Positions 61,694-64,000 of a stretch of DNA of 64,000 nt are shown piece after piece. The notes beneath the pieces are model-generated. The model was not told where the DNA came from. It made no database searches and saw only the letters and a program-made list of their open reading frames with translations. Origin of the DNA: Balanoglossus misakiensis. Taxonomy: Eukaryota > Animalia > Hemichordata. The position numbers and the translations under genes are program-made. Location: NCBI GenBank assembly GCA_040954595.2, contig CM082590.2, positions 6,882,001 through 6,946,000 of the forward strand, in the 5' to 3' direction. Numbering within the stretch: position 1 is the first letter of the stretch; each line of letters opens with the position of its first letter.

Positions 61694-62234
61694 AGTGAGA
61701 GTGAAGTGTGGAAGGAAATCAAAATAGTGAGACATGCCAACAGAGAACGCCCTCCTGTGTTTGTTGTGAAGACATAAAACCATAGCAACACAAGAAAAAC
61801 AAGAATCTACGCTAAAAGACACCTAATATTGCCGACAAAATTGAATCAGTCCATTACTTAGAACCCATAGACCTCACAAATTCTAACCTTTATTATTTTT
61901 ATAATTAAAGAGTCTTAACTTTTTTTCAAGTTTAAACAGAACTAGATCACCATGGAAAAGAATTCATATTGTAACAAATGATAATATTAATTGCTGAATA
62001 TTGACTTTGAATAATAATTTTTGAACAAAAAAGACAATGTTAGTCTTCTGATAATGAAAGCGTATTTAACCGCCAATTAATTTGAGTTTGGTAGCTGATT
62101 TTTTTTGAGGTAGAATGTTACATTTCTGTGTGGGTTTTAACTTTTTCTTATACATCTCTAGATTTCTCTGAGAATTTGTATAATTTGTATATTTTATGAT
62201 GTTTGCTATATAAAGAAGAATTTATGTTAAAAAA

Positions 62235-62770
62235 TTGTACTTTTATAACATTTTATAAATTTGAAACTGTATTATCCTACAAGTGATTTTATAAACAGTA
62301 CATATATTTGCTACCTATTCGAATAACAGTACTAAACATGTAATATGTTTGATTTGTTTATGTTTCTACAATATTTGTGCTTGCAACATTTTATCAGTTT
62401 GAAACTCTCTCATCCTACAAGTGATTTTATAATCAGTACATATATTTACTACCTATTCGAATAACAGAACCAAACATGTAATATATTTGATTTGGTAATA
62501 TATTTGTACAATATTTGTGCTTGCAACATTTTATCAGTTTGAAACTCTCTCATCCTACAAGTGATTTTATAATCAGTACATATATTTGCTTCCTATTCCA
62601 ATGACTACTAAACATTTAATTTGTTTGATTTGATTATGTTTGTACAATATTTATGCTTACAACATTTTATGAGTTTGAAACTCTCTCGTCCTACAAGAGA
62701 TTTTATAATCAGTTCATCTCTGCTACATTTTTGAATAACAATACGAAACCTGGAGTGTGTTTGATTTGAT
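62235..62770. repeat. 138-bp VNTR downstream of copy 6 (~3+1 units)
   Basis: Unit starts at about 62260, 62398, 62538 and 62674. Confidence 0.85.
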
Positions 62771-63146
62771 TTTTTCAACAATTTCATTATTAAAAATATT
62801 TGATTTGCAAATCCAGAATATTTGTCAACGAGTCACTACTCACTGTGAAGAGACGATTGTGTGGGGTTGAAGAACAATTTTGGAGCGATAAAACGGGCTG
62901 ACTGAATTCTTATATGAATGCTGTTCCCATTTTCAAACAAGTAAAAACTGTTAAATATAAACTAGAACAGTATAGGGCGTACACAAGATGCCAGGGTCTG
63001 TACTCAAAAACGACGGTTATGAGATGCACTGTCAATTTTCGTGTCATTGGCAGGATTGATCTTGTGTGTGTGTTCGTGTGTGCGTGGATGTGTGTGTGTG
63101 TGTGTGCGTGTGTGTGCATGTGTGCGTGTGTGTGTGTGTGTGTGCG

Positions 63147-63181
<35 letters not shown>

Positions 63182-64000
63182 TTGTTTGTGTGTATGTGTG
63201 CGTCCGTGCATGCCAAACTTGAACCCCATAATTAGGTGTAAGCCTACAGTGTTTGAGTGTAGGCCCTGTCATTTTGTGCACGCTCTTTTTGCTTTCAATT
63301 TACATTTAATGTTGCATTCATTCAAAACAATTCAACTTTATACCTGCGTTGCTATTCACTCCATGCAGGCCTAATGTATTTGTAAACAAAAAGTGAAACT
63401 AAGAATATTGGATCGTGAGCTCCCTGTGGTTTGAGAAATCTGGCAAGCCTTACACAGAGAGAAGAGACAAATGTATAGAAACACAGTTTTCTAAAGATTG
63501 ACCGATATTTGCATCCAACGTCCAACTTGTTTTAGTGACGTAGGCATTCAGCATAGGGCTGAAGTGGCGAGCGACCTCTGGGTCAAGCGTCATAGACGCG
63601 AAACATTGCCATGGAAACAGTGAGCAAAATGGCACAAGCGACTGACGATAGTCTACGTCTACCAAGTATCGCAGAAAATAATTCTATGGAGAATTCATTC
63701 ATGTTTGTGGTCTGTTCCTGAATGGGTTTTTGAATACTCAACGCGAGAGTTCAAATGAGGTCAGGGCTCTTTGCGCGTTCAATTCTGTTCACACTACAGG
63801 CCCTCGTAATATTCTTGTGATAGTAATCTTTATGTCTTTATGACTTTTCAATTCAATAAAAAACATGGCCATAGCCACTTGGTCGTTAATACTTGTACAG
63901 TAATATCATGTACTATTATTCTGTATTTAATAGGCAAGTCATCAAGACATTCGACATATATGACTATCACAACATTATTACCAGCGCCTGTGGTTCACAC

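Larger units (their letters stand above)
34255..64000 (+). repeat. Head-to-tail segmental tandem array: six complete 4.6-5.3 kb TRIM-NHL units plus the upstream part of a seventh
   Basis: ATG-to-ATG periods are 5302, 4833, 4629, 5279 and 4639 bp. Intergenic DNA aligns throughout. The window ends at 'gcctgtggttcacac', which lies ~430 bp upstream of the ATG in the preceding unit. Confidence 0.97.

Noticed and set aside
34758-61822. Recurrent antisense and alternate-frame ORFs over the TRIM genes and intergenic ORFs (e.g. MSIQKPIQ..., HTHT repeats)
   Set aside because: These are shadows of the real CDS or translations of microsatellites. They recur only because the unit is duplicated, and their stops and frames vary.

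Overview
Animal genomic DNA, AT-rich, probably from a marine invertebrate deuterostome such as a hemichordate or amphioxus-like species (inferred from gene and repeat content, not proven). There are three zones. (1) 1-25.9 kb is a giant imperfect foldback. Unique arms at 1-2710 and 23060-24990 are reverse complements, each continuing inward into an oppositely oriented 24-bp satellite array (~10.4 kb and ~7 kb). A ~2.7 kb spacer holds a 29-bp satellite. The arms carry a spliced-gene remnant recognisable as the last two exons of CHMP5/Vps60 (ESCRT-III), and one arm has a young 460-bp TAG...CTA MITE with a 9-bp TSD. (2) 26-34 kb contains a tRNA-like head, an ~80-bp satellite expanded from a module that is single-copy in the foldback arm, and several small MITEs. 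(3) 34.3-64 kb is a head-to-tail array of six intact, intronless TRIM-NHL genes (RING, B-box1, B-box2, coiled coil, filamin, six NHL blades), with a seventh unit starting at the window edge. The RING is invariant between copies. Amino-acid variation is concentrated at the same two loop positions of every NHL blade, and B-box variants are shuffled as mosaics, suggesting a diversifying ligand-recognition E3 ligase repertoire. The long low-complexity ORFs in the satellites are not considered genes.
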